64,000 nt of DNA from the IMG/VR virus record IMGVR_UViG_3300038393_003162, positions 84,407-148,406 of that record; one strand, written 5' to 3'. The position numbers and the translations under genes were made by a program. Source of the DNA: a virus. Lineage: Duplodnaviria; Heunggongvirae; Uroviricota; Caudoviricetes. The notes under the pieces are model-generated. The model saw only the letters and a list, made by a program, of their open reading frames with translations. It was not told where the DNA came from and searched no databases. Shown here piece by piece: positions 1-9,693 of this stretch; positions within the stretch are counted from its first letter, which is position 1; each line of letters opens with the position of its first letter.

Positions 1-603
1 GAACGCTCCTTGTTCGCCGTTGTCTAGCCAACCCCTGGTGATGTCGTCGGCATAAGCCACTTCCACGATCTTCTTCCAGACTTCCAGAAATCGGTAGTCC
101 CGTTCGAGATCGAATCCGATCACACCATCGCTGACGGTGGGACATCTGGCGCTCACGGGACGGATTCGATACAGTTGCTCGTCATTGGAGATGCGACGGT
201 AGTAGTCGTTGACCAAGAATGGTTGGTCGTTAATTTGCGTAAAGATGTCATTCAGGTCCCCCGTGACCACGGCATCCGGGGCGATCCAGAGTGTCTTGGA
301 GAATGGGCTCTGACCGATGAAGACCGGCTTGTCCCACGTTCCCTCTGGAAAGATCCGGCTGGAATGAGGAGGGACATGAACCTTGATCCCACGATGATGA
401 CACCAATCTCTCTGGTCGCCTGCCATCCCGCAATCAACCACGATTGGTGAAGTATCATGCGACAGAGTCAAGGACCAATAGAGTAGCTGCATGCCTCGGA
501 ACGATTTTTGATCGGTTCCGGTCATGATACCGCAACCATCGGGCAGGGCAATTCTGGGATTCTTCTCGAATTTGGATCTCAATAATTTCGTCGTGCTGGA
601 CAT
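1..603 (-). CDS. Glycosyltransferase-like protein (GT-A/GT8-like), 3' end outside window
   Basis: Manual translation from ATG at 603, open to base 1: MSSTTKLL...SKTLWIAPDAVVTGDLNDIF...LDNGEQGAF; resembles the DxD strand and Q-G motif of nucleotide-diphospho-sugar transferases. Missing from the ORF track because there is no stop in the window. Confidence 0.6.
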   Translation of the reverse strand, partial: MSSTTKLLRSKFEKNPRIALPDGCGIMTGTDQKSFRGMQLLYWSLTLSHDTSPIVVDCGMAGDQRDWCHHRGIKVHVPPHSSRIFPEGTWDKPVFIGQSPFSKTLWIAPDAVVTGDLNDIFTQINDQPFLVNDYYRRISNDEQLYRIRPVSARCPTVSDGVIGFDLERDYRFLEVWKKIVEVAYADDITRGWLDNGEQGAF

Positions 604-610
604 GATCTTA

Positions 611-1426
611 TTAGAGTAAGGTCTTGATCTCTGCGGGAATTTCCGTCAAGTTTGCCAGCGAGGAATTCTGATCGATATCGATGGTCCACCATTGCCTCAG
701 GCGGTTTTCGCTGATCAATCGATTCTGGAAACCAAAAACACCATCCTTCCACCGCCGCTCAGCATTCGCTTGATTCCGCTTCAGGCAAAGGTCCCAATCT
801 AGCTTATGGAGGTGGAGCAAGAGGAAGTTCTCGTCCCTGCGATGGTAAGGGACGGGGATCTCGGTGGCAGCATGGAAGCCCCAGCACCATTCCAGAGGCA
901 CCTTGGAAAGCAGTGGTTTGCTGTATAACTTAGACCAGTACCACCAGCGACGTTGGGGCAGGAGCGGCAAGTTGAAGTCGACCGGGGACTCTTCTCCAAG
1001 CTTCTGGACGATTTCGTAACCATCACAAACACAGATGTTGTTTTCTTTAAAATGATTATTTGCGTAATTTTTAATGTCTAAGTTGGTCCGAGGATGGGGA
1101 GCGATGATTTCATCGACTTCGGTGAATAGAACCCACGGATATGACTGGAGTAAATTCCTTTGGAATTGGCAGACGATTTGCCTCATCCACTCGTGGTCGA
1201 AACTTTGGTCGTGAGTGATGTCCACGAGATGATAACCGTGTGCGGCTTGATGGGATTGGATAAAGGAGGTCCAGTCGGCTTTACGCTGTGCCTGGACTTC
1301 GGTCTTGGGATCGGGGAGGACGTGATGGAGGACGTAGATTTCTTTGGGGTCGAAATGCTTTTGGTAGTGGCTATACCAGATCGGGAAGAAATCGGGTTCG
1401 TATTGGATGATCGTGAAAATGCACAT
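611..1426 (-). CDS. Glycosyltransferase family 2-like protein
   Basis: N-terminal FTIIQYEPDFFPIWYSHY and WVLFTEVDE (DxD-like); SD AGGAG upstream. Confidence 0.65.
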   Translation of the reverse strand: MCIFTIIQYEPDFFPIWYSHYQKHFDPKEIYVLHHVLPDPKTEVQAQRKADWTSFIQSHQAAHGYHLVDITHDQSFDHEWMRQIVCQFQRNLLQSYPWVLFTEVDEIIAPHPRTNLDIKNYANNHFKENNICVCDGYEIVQKLGEESPVDFNLPLLPQRRWWYWSKLYSKPLLSKVPLEWCWGFHAATEIPVPYHRRDENFLLLHLHKLDWDLCLKRNQANAERRWKDGVFGFQNRLISENRLRQWWTIDIDQNSSLANLTEIPAEIKTLL

Positions 1427-1475
1427 GGCTACTCCTGGATTCTTGATTTAAGAGAGTCCAGGAGTAGCCATTTCC

Positions 1476-1736
1476 CTAAGCCGCTAGGGCATTTTGCATC
1501 AACCGAATGATCTCAGGGATGGACCGATTCGGAACGGACATTGCGACCGTTCCTTCGTGGATGTCGCTCCGAAAGAGCAGATCCACGCGATCACCCGGTT
1601 CAAGAGGAAGGGGGGTTTGGAGAACAGTATCCAGCGAGTCTTGGAATCCTTTTCTCGTCATTTCCAGGAGCGTGTTATTGGCGTTCAATTTGAACAGGTC
1701 GCCGCACTTCTCCACGGAAAATAGCAATTGTCGCAT
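1476..1736 (-). CDS. Hypothetical protein
   Basis: 86-aa ORF co-oriented with neighbours; ends in TAG. Confidence 0.5.
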   Translation of the reverse strand: MRQLLFSVEKCGDLFKLNANNTLLEMTRKGFQDSLDTVLQTPLPLEPGDRVDLLFRSDIHEGTVAMSVPNRSIPEIIRLMQNALAA

Positions 1737-1838
1737 CTATGAGTTTCCCTGTGTTTTATAGGTCGCCCACCGGGGCGAAGATGTCACTCAGTGCTAGTTT
1801 TATTTTATACCCCAGATTCGCCAAATTGTCAACTTCGG

Positions 1839-2195
1839 TTATGCTGACAACGAATTTTTTAGAGGCACCTGTTGTCGCTGGATGATCCAGCTACCGTCGC
1901 TGAGATTGAGGTTGTAAAACAATCCATCGGGTCGGAAGAACCGATAGTGACCTTTGCCATCGGATTCCTCGGCAACAACTTCGACGTTCGCCATCAAAAC
2001 ATCGCCGGTCGCTTTGTCGAAGATGCTGACCATCCATTTGGTTTTGGGAGCCGCCAACATCTTGGGCGCGGGAGGCGAAGATGGCAAGACATTCTGTTGC
2101 GGACGCCGACGATCGAAGAAGCCGTTCATACCCAGGCTCACCATAGCCCCAACCGCCACGCCACCAACCACATACAAGAAATTCATTGCTTTCAT
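1839..2195 (-). CDS. Hypothetical protein with N-terminal transmembrane helix
   Basis: FLYVVGGVAVGAMVSLGM hydrophobic stretch then Pro-rich linker; GGAG SD before ATG 2195. Confidence 0.65.
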   Translation of the reverse strand: MKAMNFLYVVGGVAVGAMVSLGMNGFFDRRRPQQNVLPSSPPAPKMLAAPKTKWMVSIFDKATGDVLMANVEVVAEESDGKGHYRFFRPDGLFYNLNLSDGSWIIQRQQVPLKNSLSA

Positions 2196-2253
2196 AAGAA
2201 ACTCCTGCATAATGCGTCGGTTCTGCCGTCGTTCGGCATTTTAGCACCTGAGG

Positions 2254-2346
2254 GCTTGCCTTGGAAATCAGGCATGACCTGAAATCCAATTTTTGGCAAC
2301 TGAAATTGAGTCGCAAGAATAATTGCGCTCAGCCCTAGATCAGTAA
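2254..2346. repeat. 93-bp dispersed intergenic repeat, copy 1
   Basis: Aligns without gaps to 38647-38739; last 57 nt differ at one position. Confidence 0.95.
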
Positions 2347-2439
2347 AAGCATCTTACCAGAATTCTCTCCCCGTTTTCAGATCAAAAAATTGGAAAAGAG
2401 GTCGTTTTTCCTTAAATAGAATAGAAGGGATATAATGAT

Positions 2440-3360
2440 ATGAAATTTAATACATTCTCCGAATACGCAGCCAACCGCGACCAACAAGTCCAGGAAGGCT
2501 GGTGGGATAGTCTCCGAGGCGGCATCGCCGGACTCGGGAACGCCGGATCACAACTGGTGCGTGGTGGGGTCAATGCTGCAGGCGGCGCACTCCAAGGCGG
2601 CTACGGTGCCGCCCAGACTGCAGCCGGGCTCGGAAAGGGGATGACCGGGGGAGGATGGGACACCGCCGCCCGAGGAATCGGAAACCTCACGAGGGGCGTC
2701 GGTCGTGGCGTGGGTGGTGCTGTCCAGGCAGCCGCCGCTCCAGTATCCGGAGCCGTCAGAGCCTATCAGGCGGGGCAGAATCCCCAGACAGGCAAACCAG
2801 TGGGCGGCTCGGTCGGACAATTCTTCGGACTGCGCAGGGGTGAGAATCCGAACATGGCAACAGATGGTGCAAATGAAAATCCCGCAACTCAGCCCGCCCA
2901 GCCCCCGGCTTTCGACCAGAAGCAATGGCAGTCATCAGTTGCGGGATTGATCAAGCAACTCGACCAACAAGGACCGGCAGGATTGGGCGGATGGTTGGGA
3001 CTGAAGAAGGCGGCAGATGCCAGGATTCAGCAGTTGAACGCACAAAGCCGTATGAATCAGACGATGAATCAACCCGTGGTGAAGGGACAGATGCCGCCCC
3101 CGGCTCCAGCATACGTGACTTCAGCCCAATATGCCAAGAATCCCCAGGCATATCCTCAGGGATCGTGGCCAACGCCATCGCAAGCGACCAATAGCGTTGG
3201 CACCGCTCAATCGCTCCCGAATGCCAACAACACGACCGTCAGCACTCCAGCGGTTCCGACCTCAGCTTCATCCACGCTTGACCTGTCACCTGCGAGGGGC
3301 AACCGTTCCGTTATGCAAGATGATGAAGACCCGATGCTCGTTCCATCGTGGCGTAGGTAA
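2440..3360 (+). CDS. Gly/Gln/Pro-rich protein, putative virion internal protein
   Basis: N-terminus MKFNTFSEY...QEGWWDSL resembles T4-type capsid-targeting leaders; TAAATA element ~25 nt upstream. Confidence 0.6.
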   Translation: MKFNTFSEYAANRDQQVQEGWWDSLRGGIAGLGNAGSQLVRGGVNAAGGALQGGYGAAQTAAGLGKGMTGGGWDTAARGIGNLTRGVGRGVGGAVQAAAAPVSGAVRAYQAGQNPQTGKPVGGSVGQFFGLRRGENPNMATDGANENPATQPAQPPAFDQKQWQSSVAGLIKQLDQQGPAGLGGWLGLKKAADARIQQLNAQSRMNQTMNQPVVKGQMPPPAPAYVTSAQYAKNPQAYPQGSWPTPSQATNSVGTAQSLPNANNTTVSTPAVPTSASSTLDLSPARGNRSVMQDDEDPMLVPSWRR

Positions 3361-3362
3361 CT

Positions 3363-3584
3363 CTAACAATGTCTGTGGCTGAATGTGAATAAGGTACCTT
3401 GCTGCTTGGACGACTCGCCGAAGACATCGACCCAAGCAGCTTTCTCGGCACTCTCTCGGTCTTGATTGCCGCAGAACTCCCGGATCGCGGCACGCTCTTC
3501 CCAGACGAATTGGTCGTTGGCTGACAGAGGACTCCCAAAGTTCTTTGCAGAGACCTTGGGAGTCGTTTTCCGAGGACGTGCCAT
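3363..3584 (-). CDS. Small hypothetical protein
   Basis: WEERAAIREFCGNQDRESAEKAAW motif recurrent in phage proteins; start set at MARPRK. Confidence 0.6.
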   Translation of the reverse strand: MARPRKTTPKVSAKNFGSPLSANDQFVWEERAAIREFCGNQDRESAEKAAWVDVFGESSKQQGTLFTFSHRHC

Positions 3585-3612
3585 AGGAATGGTCCTTGTT
3601 TTGGGAATCAGA

Positions 3613-4341
3613 TCACCTGCGCCCAAGGTTGTCGAGCGTTGTGCTGTTGGGCATGGTTCTCATATGCCCTCGCACAAAAGTGCCGTCGCTCCTAGTGTAA
3701 GAACCAACATATATTTGGTTAGGGTTGACACCCCCGTAGGTTGGCATACTCATCATTGAGTTCATCATCATGTCAAACTGAGACCAATCCTGGCGGGCGT
3801 ATCGCCTCCGACGATAAATGGCATTGCCTCCAGGAACGCCCGTGAATGTCATTTGAGGGCGTCTGGTTGTGACGGATTCTTCCGGTTTTTTGATGGACGG
3901 TTCCGGCAATGAAGCCCAGACGCCTAACCGTGCCGCTCGCGCCGCCGATTCTTGGTCGGCGTAATTGACCTTGTCGGTCGTGGTGAAGAACGCTCCTCCC
4001 GACCGTATCAGCCATTCGTTCCAACATAACCCGTCCGACAACCGGAACAGTAACACTAGCGGTCTGCCGGTCCTCGTAGTTCCCATCCGTTCCATCCGCG
4101 CCTGGCTACCTTCTTTGAGGTAGACCCTGGTCCAGCCAAGATCTTCCTTTGCCAGGGCGAAAAGATGCTTTGGTTTACGGGGGTCGATCGTGTCGGGTGT
4201 GCCGACGCCCAGCAACGAGACCCAGAGATTGGGTTCGGCAGCGGTCTGGACTACGACCGTGTTGCTGTTCAACACGTCCTTGATCGTCACGGTCTCCGAT
4301 AAGCCAACTGCCATCAGTCCAATCACAACAAGCGATGTCAT
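3613..4341 (-). CDS. Thermonuclease (SNase-like) family protein with signal peptide
   Basis: SLLGVGTPD, GRPLVLL, NEWLIRSGGA, ESAARAARLGVW match the SNase fold; C-terminal YVGSYTRSDGTFVRGHMRT tail. Confidence 0.75.
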   Translation of the reverse strand: MTSLVVIGLMAVGLSETVTIKDVLNSNTVVVQTAAEPNLWVSLLGVGTPDTIDPRKPKHLFALAKEDLGWTRVYLKEGSQARMERMGTTRTGRPLVLLFRLSDGLCWNEWLIRSGGAFFTTTDKVNYADQESAARAARLGVWASLPEPSIKKPEESVTTRRPQMTFTGVPGGNAIYRRRRYARQDWSQFDMMMNSMMSMPTYGGVNPNQIYVGSYTRSDGTFVRGHMRTMPNSTTLDNLGRR

Positions 4342-4442
4342 CTATCTACGCTCCTAAGAAGAATCGCGGCTCTTTTGCCGATGTTGAAGTATCAGCGGAG
4401 CCGCGATACAGTGATGCCTGGTCTGGAGTCGTTATCGCCGGA

Positions 4443-4709
4443 TTAACATTCGACGATGTTGATCTGTTCGATGGGAACTTTTAGCCGCTCGGCAATGGCT
4501 TTAATTGCGAGGGCTTTGGTGATCTCGGGAGCATCTACCACGACGTCATGCCAGTTGATGTCCTCGTCGAACCCTTCCTTGTCGACCTGGTCGTCGAACT
4601 CGCTCCGGGTCATAATCGTGAACGAGGGAAGGTCGCTGTTCGTATCTTGGGGAATGATATCTTCCCACTGGAATGGGAAGGCATGCCCCGTGGTCCTATA
4701 CTTCTTCAT
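4443..4709 (-). CDS. Hypothetical protein
   Basis: SD GGAG before MKKYRTTG; acidic 88-aa ORF. Confidence 0.6.
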   Translation of the reverse strand: MKKYRTTGHAFPFQWEDIIPQDTNSDLPSFTIMTRSEFDDQVDKEGFDEDINWHDVVVDAPEITKALAIKAIAERLKVPIEQINIVEC

Positions 4710-4723
4710 TGTCTCTCCGTAGG

Positions 4724-5278
4724 TCATGTGATGTTTGCGGTGAAGTCGCAGCCGTGGTCGGGTCCATCGACGCGGTAGCCGATACAAGACCAGAACTTCT
4801 TCTTGTCCCGCTTCCGTTCGCGCTCAATTGTCGGTTTGCCGCACTTAGGACAGGTGGGACCTTGGAGTTCCTCCCATTGGCAGATCCGCGACTTGAGGTT
4901 GGTCGCCCACGTCTTGATGCGATGGACCCGCTTGGTCGTGCCGACGATCTTAACGATGGGCTTCTCGGACTCGCCCGACTCGTACGGCTCGATGTCGAGC
5001 CAGACCATCAGGACCCGGATGGCATCCTCGCCCACACCACGGGAATGCCCGGCGAGCCAGATCCCGGAGTAGACGCGGACGCAGAACCTCGTGGAGTGCG
5101 GAGCCACCCGACAGCCGTAGACCAATTCCGTGACGTTGGCGTTGCGGAGATCGTCGGGCCAGGATAACCGCGACGAATCGTTCGGGTTGTTGAGCAGCTT
5201 GAACTTCATTGGCAGAAGGACCGCTTCGATCTCCTTCCGCGTTATCGCGTGATACCTGCCAGCGGGTTTGGTAGCCAT
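4724..5278 (-). CDS. Protein with C-terminal topoisomerase-type C4 zinc ribbon
   Basis: CPKCGKPTIERERKRDKKKFWSCIGY...GCDF. Confidence 0.7.
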   Translation of the reverse strand: MATKPAGRYHAITRKEIEAVLLPMKFKLLNNPNDSSRLSWPDDLRNANVTELVYGCRVAPHSTRFCVRVYSGIWLAGHSRGVGEDAIRVLMVWLDIEPYESGESEKPIVKIVGTTKRVHRIKTWATNLKSRICQWEELQGPTCPKCGKPTIERERKRDKKKFWSCIGYRVDGPDHGCDFTANIT

Positions 5279-5330
5279 CTGAGGCGTCTCCGAATAGTCG
5301 AGTTACCCGCCACTAAGGATGCGTCCGGTT

Positions 5331-5359
5331 ATTATCGCAATTCGGAAATTAAATTTCAA
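5331..5359 (-). promoter_or_regulatory. Sigma70-type promoter TTGAAA-17-GATAAT
   Basis: Hexamers with exact 17-nt spacer upstream of ATG 5278. Confidence 0.6.
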
Positions 5360-6281
5360 GAGTCTCCTTCCGACGGGTGACATGTGCCTGGATTGCGGCT
5401 CGAACACCCTTCTCCGAATAGCCTTGGGCAACACGCTCTTGTGTGTACTTGTTGAGCAACCTAGTAGCGCGCGCTCGTTGAGCCGGGGTTTTAGCGTTCA
5501 GGATCGTCTCAATGACGTTGCTCGCCACGGTTGGTTGATTGGTCATGACTGTAATCGTCTCCCATCGTGAATCGTTGTAAATGTCCGGTTTGGGATTCGC
5601 CAGAATCTCTGTGAGATCGTAATCTGTTGCCGAAGAATCGGGTCTGATATTCCGGCAAACCATAAGTGTCATAGGCTGAACTTTATCGATATATGGCTTT
5701 CCGATTTCCAAATCGTACTGGAGTCCTTGCAGAAGCCATTTTAGTAAAAATGCGTATCTGGCAGTCCAAATATCACAACATCCAATTTGATGGGCATATT
5801 CACAACATTGGGCATACATTATAGAATTTTGATTGATTTTGGATTGAAGTTGCTTTGGAAACTGACTATTTCTAATTCCCGTATTAAAAGTAAAAGCTAG
5901 TTCGGCATTTGGTTCTAAATTATGCCTAAGTTGATCCTTGATCCAATTCGCGATCTTTCGATCAGGCATTCCCATAAGATCTATGTAGGCATAATCCAAG
6001 CTACACGGAATATGTAGTTGGTCGAGAGAACCTTGAAAAAGAAAATATTGATGAATTCCAAGATGTTTTAATTTTTCTTGTATCCTTGGCATGACCGCTT
6101 TATCTCTTTCGACGATGATGAAATTGGTCTCCTTACTGAAGAATCCTTGTCTTTGGAATTCTTCGACACAACAGCAATTAATTGCTGGCAGCATCAGAAC
6201 ATTTTTTTTCCTTGCCGTAGGTGACGCCTTTTTTCTGATATCTGCTTTAATTTTGCCTCCCCCGTCATATGGGATACTCAT
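5349..6281 (-). CDS. Hypothetical protein, possible SAM-dependent methyltransferase fold
   Basis: VLMLPA...FIIVERD...LDYAYIDLMG pattern resembles Rossmann MTase strands; AT-rich island. Confidence 0.45.
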   Translation of the reverse strand: MSIPYDGGGKIKADIRKKASPTARKKNVLMLPAINCCCVEEFQRQGFFSKETNFIIVERDKAVMPRIQEKLKHLGIHQYFLFQGSLDQLHIPCSLDYAYIDLMGMPDRKIANWIKDQLRHNLEPNAELAFTFNTGIRNSQFPKQLQSKINQNSIMYAQCCEYAHQIGCCDIWTARYAFLLKWLLQGLQYDLEIGKPYIDKVQPMTLMVCRNIRPDSSATDYDLTEILANPKPDIYNDSRWETITVMTNQPTVASNVIETILNAKTPAQRARATRLLNKYTQERVAQGYSEKGVRAAIQAHVTRRKETLEI

Positions 6282-6282
6282 C

Positions 6283-8634
6283 TCATGCCCTCCTCATCTT
6301 TTGGTCAAAACTATCAGGAACACAGCCAGACTTAAGAGTCATGACTCTGGGCGTATCATACTCAGTCATTTCAGTAAGTCGAAATATAATACATTCTATA
6401 CTGATCTTGCCATTTACCAATTTGTAATGGAAATGAAGTTGGTAACCGTTTTCGACCTGGTATTCTTCTTTTTTGCGAGTACCCGTACGGTTAGCTGTAT
6501 CTGAGGAAGTTTCTGTGAGTCTTCTTAGGGCATACTTAGTGTAGCCATTGGTTCTATATGTTCCATATGGTCGTCCAAGATGCGAATCTTCCTCTCCCGG
6601 AAGAAGCAGACAAACTTTCGTACCTGGGTTGAAAGTCGAATCAAATCTAAACGGTTCTTCTTCGATCATTCGCCAAAGATCAACCGGCAAAATCTTTAAA
6701 AGATCAACCGGAATATTGGAAGAAGCGCAAATGCGAGTGTTTTTCGATTGCGACCAAGTCTCATTGACGTATTTTTCGAGGTTCTTGTGGTATTCTCTAT
6801 AGAGAGGAATGCTTTTGGCATCCTGGCAATTCAGTTCCAAAATAGGTCGACAAGAACGTCTCTTTTCGGTAATCGTATTTACATCTGCTTCGGTATTAGA
6901 TGGATCATCTTTGGTTGGAAAGAATTGTGTATGATACCACTCGGCAACTCCATCCGGAACCACGAGGAAAGGTTTTTTGTTGTATCCCGAAATACGACCA
7001 GGAATCCCTTGAATGAACGTGGATCGGCGGTACACTTCAGGACTAAAATCAATCCCGTAAGCGCAATCAGCAGGGTACGATTCTTGGTAACGTCCATGTC
7101 CCGTAACTACCACCACATACGGACGATTTCTATTGCCGATCAAAGCAACAGGTGTCTGAGCAATATTCCCATGGTAGTCGATAAAATCCAATTCGCCTTC
7201 GAATTCTGGTCGCAAAAAGTTATCAACCAAGAATTTCATTTTTTCATTGTTGTTTTCCCACCGAAGAATCAATCCCTTGTTCTCGGGCTGAGGTCTTCCT
7301 GTAATAAGAATCCAGCGGATCAACCTAGCAAGGGCTTTCACCATATCTTCTTGATACGCTTTGTGCGCATTAATGACCGAGCGTCGTCCGATGTACTTTT
7401 TTGCCAGTCGCCGTCGCGCGATCAAAGTCGGTTTACTTGCGATTTCAATTGCCGCACTGCGACCAATATGCGATTTGAGTTGTTCAAAGTTGATCTTAGA
7501 AAGCCAACTCGCCACTTCATTGTAGGATCGCCTATCAATATCCATCAATGATGCATCACCGGACATGTCGGCGATTTCTGAAACAGACCTAACTTTAGGC
7601 TGGGTGATATATCCTTTTTTTACAGCGTCAGGATCGATGTCTCTGCCACGTAAAAATCCATTCCCACCATAGTTTTTGCCAATTTTCATGTAGACCTGCT
7701 TAAACCCACTGCACTTTCCAAAAGTGTAATTGGTAGCGCTGACGGCGATCCAAGGAAATTGTTTTTTCACATCATCAGACGAGACCAAATCGTAAACCGT
7801 ATTGACCATATTGGACAATTCTTTATCTTCTTTGTCTTCCATGATGGGACTCGAACAAAGATTATCGGTGGAACTTCCATTTTTCATAGCAATATGCGAT
7901 TCATCAACGAAAAATGGCATGCTCCAACCATTTCGCACACATACAGTGAGAATGGCACGAACATAGTTCTGCATCGCCTGCCCGTGAGTCCGCCGAAGCA
8001 TCATCGCAGGAGACGTATGGACCATCACATTTGTATTGAGTTGTCCAACGTCCTGTTGATGGATTTTTTGAAAAGCAGCATTGAATTCCCTTCTGGATTC
8101 CTGCATGTATTGGTTGACTTCGATGTATCCATTACCATTTCCAATGGTAATGTAACGATGAAGTTCGGAAAATAATTTGTACTTCTGTTGACTTTGCTTT
8201 TCCATGCCTAGATTATTCGGCAACCAAATCATGGAAAAAGAACGCCGAGTCTTTTTGCTTGTAAGATACAAAATGGGAGAGAGAAAATCATAGCAAGCAG
8301 AAATCACCGTGGATTTTCCACTTTGAACTGCGCCAATCAATGCCACACTGTTCCCTTGGATAATGGATTTAATCACTTCGAGAACGGTCTGACATGTTTC
8401 CTCATACAGCCGTTCACCTTTCCCTTGTAGAAACAAATTTCCCCCATCACTATCGGACACCTTTTTTGCAATAAAATCTGGGTCTTCGACTCCAAATCCG
8501 CAATCAAGACCAATTCTATCAGTAACAGCATTGAGCGTCTGGCACACCCAAGCTAGGTATTCCTTGATTGTTTCCACATTTTTGTCAACCGATTTTTCGT
8601 TCTGAAATTGAAACCTCGATGAGCAAATGTTCAT
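6283..8634 (-). CDS. SF2 helicase/ATPase-like protein resembling Z1-domain restriction-modification subunits
   Basis: Walker A GAVQSGKS, Walker B FFVDESH, motif III SAT, motif VI-like STFIQGIPGRISGY. Confidence 0.65.
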   Translation of the reverse strand: MNICSSRFQFQNEKSVDKNVETIKEYLAWVCQTLNAVTDRIGLDCGFGVEDPDFIAKKVSDSDGGNLFLQGKGERLYEETCQTVLEVIKSIIQGNSVALIGAVQSGKSTVISACYDFLSPILYLTSKKTRRSFSMIWLPNNLGMEKQSQQKYKLFSELHRYITIGNGNGYIEVNQYMQESRREFNAAFQKIHQQDVGQLNTNVMVHTSPAMMLRRTHGQAMQNYVRAILTVCVRNGWSMPFFVDESHIAMKNGSSTDNLCSSPIMEDKEDKELSNMVNTVYDLVSSDDVKKQFPWIAVSATNYTFGKCSGFKQVYMKIGKNYGGNGFLRGRDIDPDAVKKGYITQPKVRSVSEIADMSGDASLMDIDRRSYNEVASWLSKINFEQLKSHIGRSAAIEIASKPTLIARRRLAKKYIGRRSVINAHKAYQEDMVKALARLIRWILITGRPQPENKGLILRWENNNEKMKFLVDNFLRPEFEGELDFIDYHGNIAQTPVALIGNRNRPYVVVVTGHGRYQESYPADCAYGIDFSPEVYRRSTFIQGIPGRISGYNKKPFLVVPDGVAEWYHTQFFPTKDDPSNTEADVNTITEKRRSCRPILELNCQDAKSIPLYREYHKNLEKYVNETWSQSKNTRICASSNIPVDLLKILPVDLWRMIEEEPFRFDSTFNPGTKVCLLLPGEEDSHLGRPYGTYRTNGYTKYALRRLTETSSDTANRTGTRKKEEYQVENGYQLHFHYKLVNGKISIECIIFRLTEMTEYDTPRVMTLKSGCVPDSFDQKMRRA

Positions 8635-8750
8635 TTGTCACATTCCTGGAAACCTAAAGTCAATCTTGGATTGTAAAATGTGAAAGAATTTTTATAAACC
8701 AATCCTTCGATTAGCAGCAAAGGATTGGTCTGAAATTACTCTTTTACATT

Positions 8751-9548
8751 ATGGAAAATTGTGTCCTGTGTACAGATTGCGAAACCGGCATCAACTCACT
8801 ACTTGATGCTTCGGTAAGATTGGCTGTCTTCTCCCCTCCCTATGCCCAACAAAGGTCAGGGTTGTATGACGGTGTTTCCGAATCAGAATACCCATCATGG
8901 ATGGCATCAGTCTTCTCTGCTTTGCGTCCTAAGATGAAACCAGACGGATCAATTTTCATGAATATTCGACCTCATCTCCGACGAGGAGAGTTGTCTGATT
9001 ACGTGCTAAAAACACGTTTAGCCATTCGAGAACTAGGTTACATCGAGTGTGAAGAATTGATCTGGCACAAGCCGGATGCACCTCCCTTGGGCAGCATCAA
9101 ACGTCCTCGTCGAGTTTGGGAAAGCATATTGTGGTATTCTCTATCGCGACAACCATATTGTGATCTAAAGGCTGGAGGTTCTTCATCTTCGCGTATCGGA
9201 TTTGCCGGTTCGCCTAGATTTGGCTTGGATGTACTACACAGTGGTCAGGTTTGGTCGGTGGAGTCTGGCGTATCGCGAGTTACCGACCTTCTCATAGCTC
9301 ATATAGGGACCTTACCCCGAGGTGTAATGCATCCGGCAATGTACCCTACAAGTCTACCATCTCAATTAATTAATGTCTATAGCGAAGCCAATGACTTAGT
9401 GCTCGACCCTTTTTGCGGATCAGGACAAACGCTAATCGCTGCCCAAAATTTGAAACGAAAATATATAGGCATAGATTTAAATCAAGAATACGTAGATTTA
9501 AGCCTGGAAAGACTGAGAAAAAACGCTGAAGAGTTGCCGCCTAACTGA
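8751..9548 (+). CDS. Site-specific DNA methyltransferase (N4-C/N6-A, beta class)
   Basis: Catalytic FSPPY precedes HPAMYP and SAM-binding VLDPFCGSGQT. Confidence 0.9.
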   Translation: MENCVLCTDCETGINSLLDASVRLAVFSPPYAQQRSGLYDGVSESEYPSWMASVFSALRPKMKPDGSIFMNIRPHLRRGELSDYVLKTRLAIRELGYIECEELIWHKPDAPPLGSIKRPRRVWESILWYSLSRQPYCDLKAGGSSSSRIGFAGSPRFGLDVLHSGQVWSVESGVSRVTDLLIAHIGTLPRGVMHPAMYPTSLPSQLINVYSEANDLVLDPFCGSGQTLIAAQNLKRKYIGIDLNQEYVDLSLERLRKNAEELPPN

Positions 9549-9693
9549 GCAGCAACTCTTGATTAGTCAAAGTTTTTGCAACGCATTGAGCGGGAAGTTG
9601 CTTTGTCCACCCCCAATCAAGCTTAACCAAAGCCTCAACCCGCCCTTTACCCTTGTTCTTGCGATTGAAACCGATGATTTCCCCCTGCGATTT

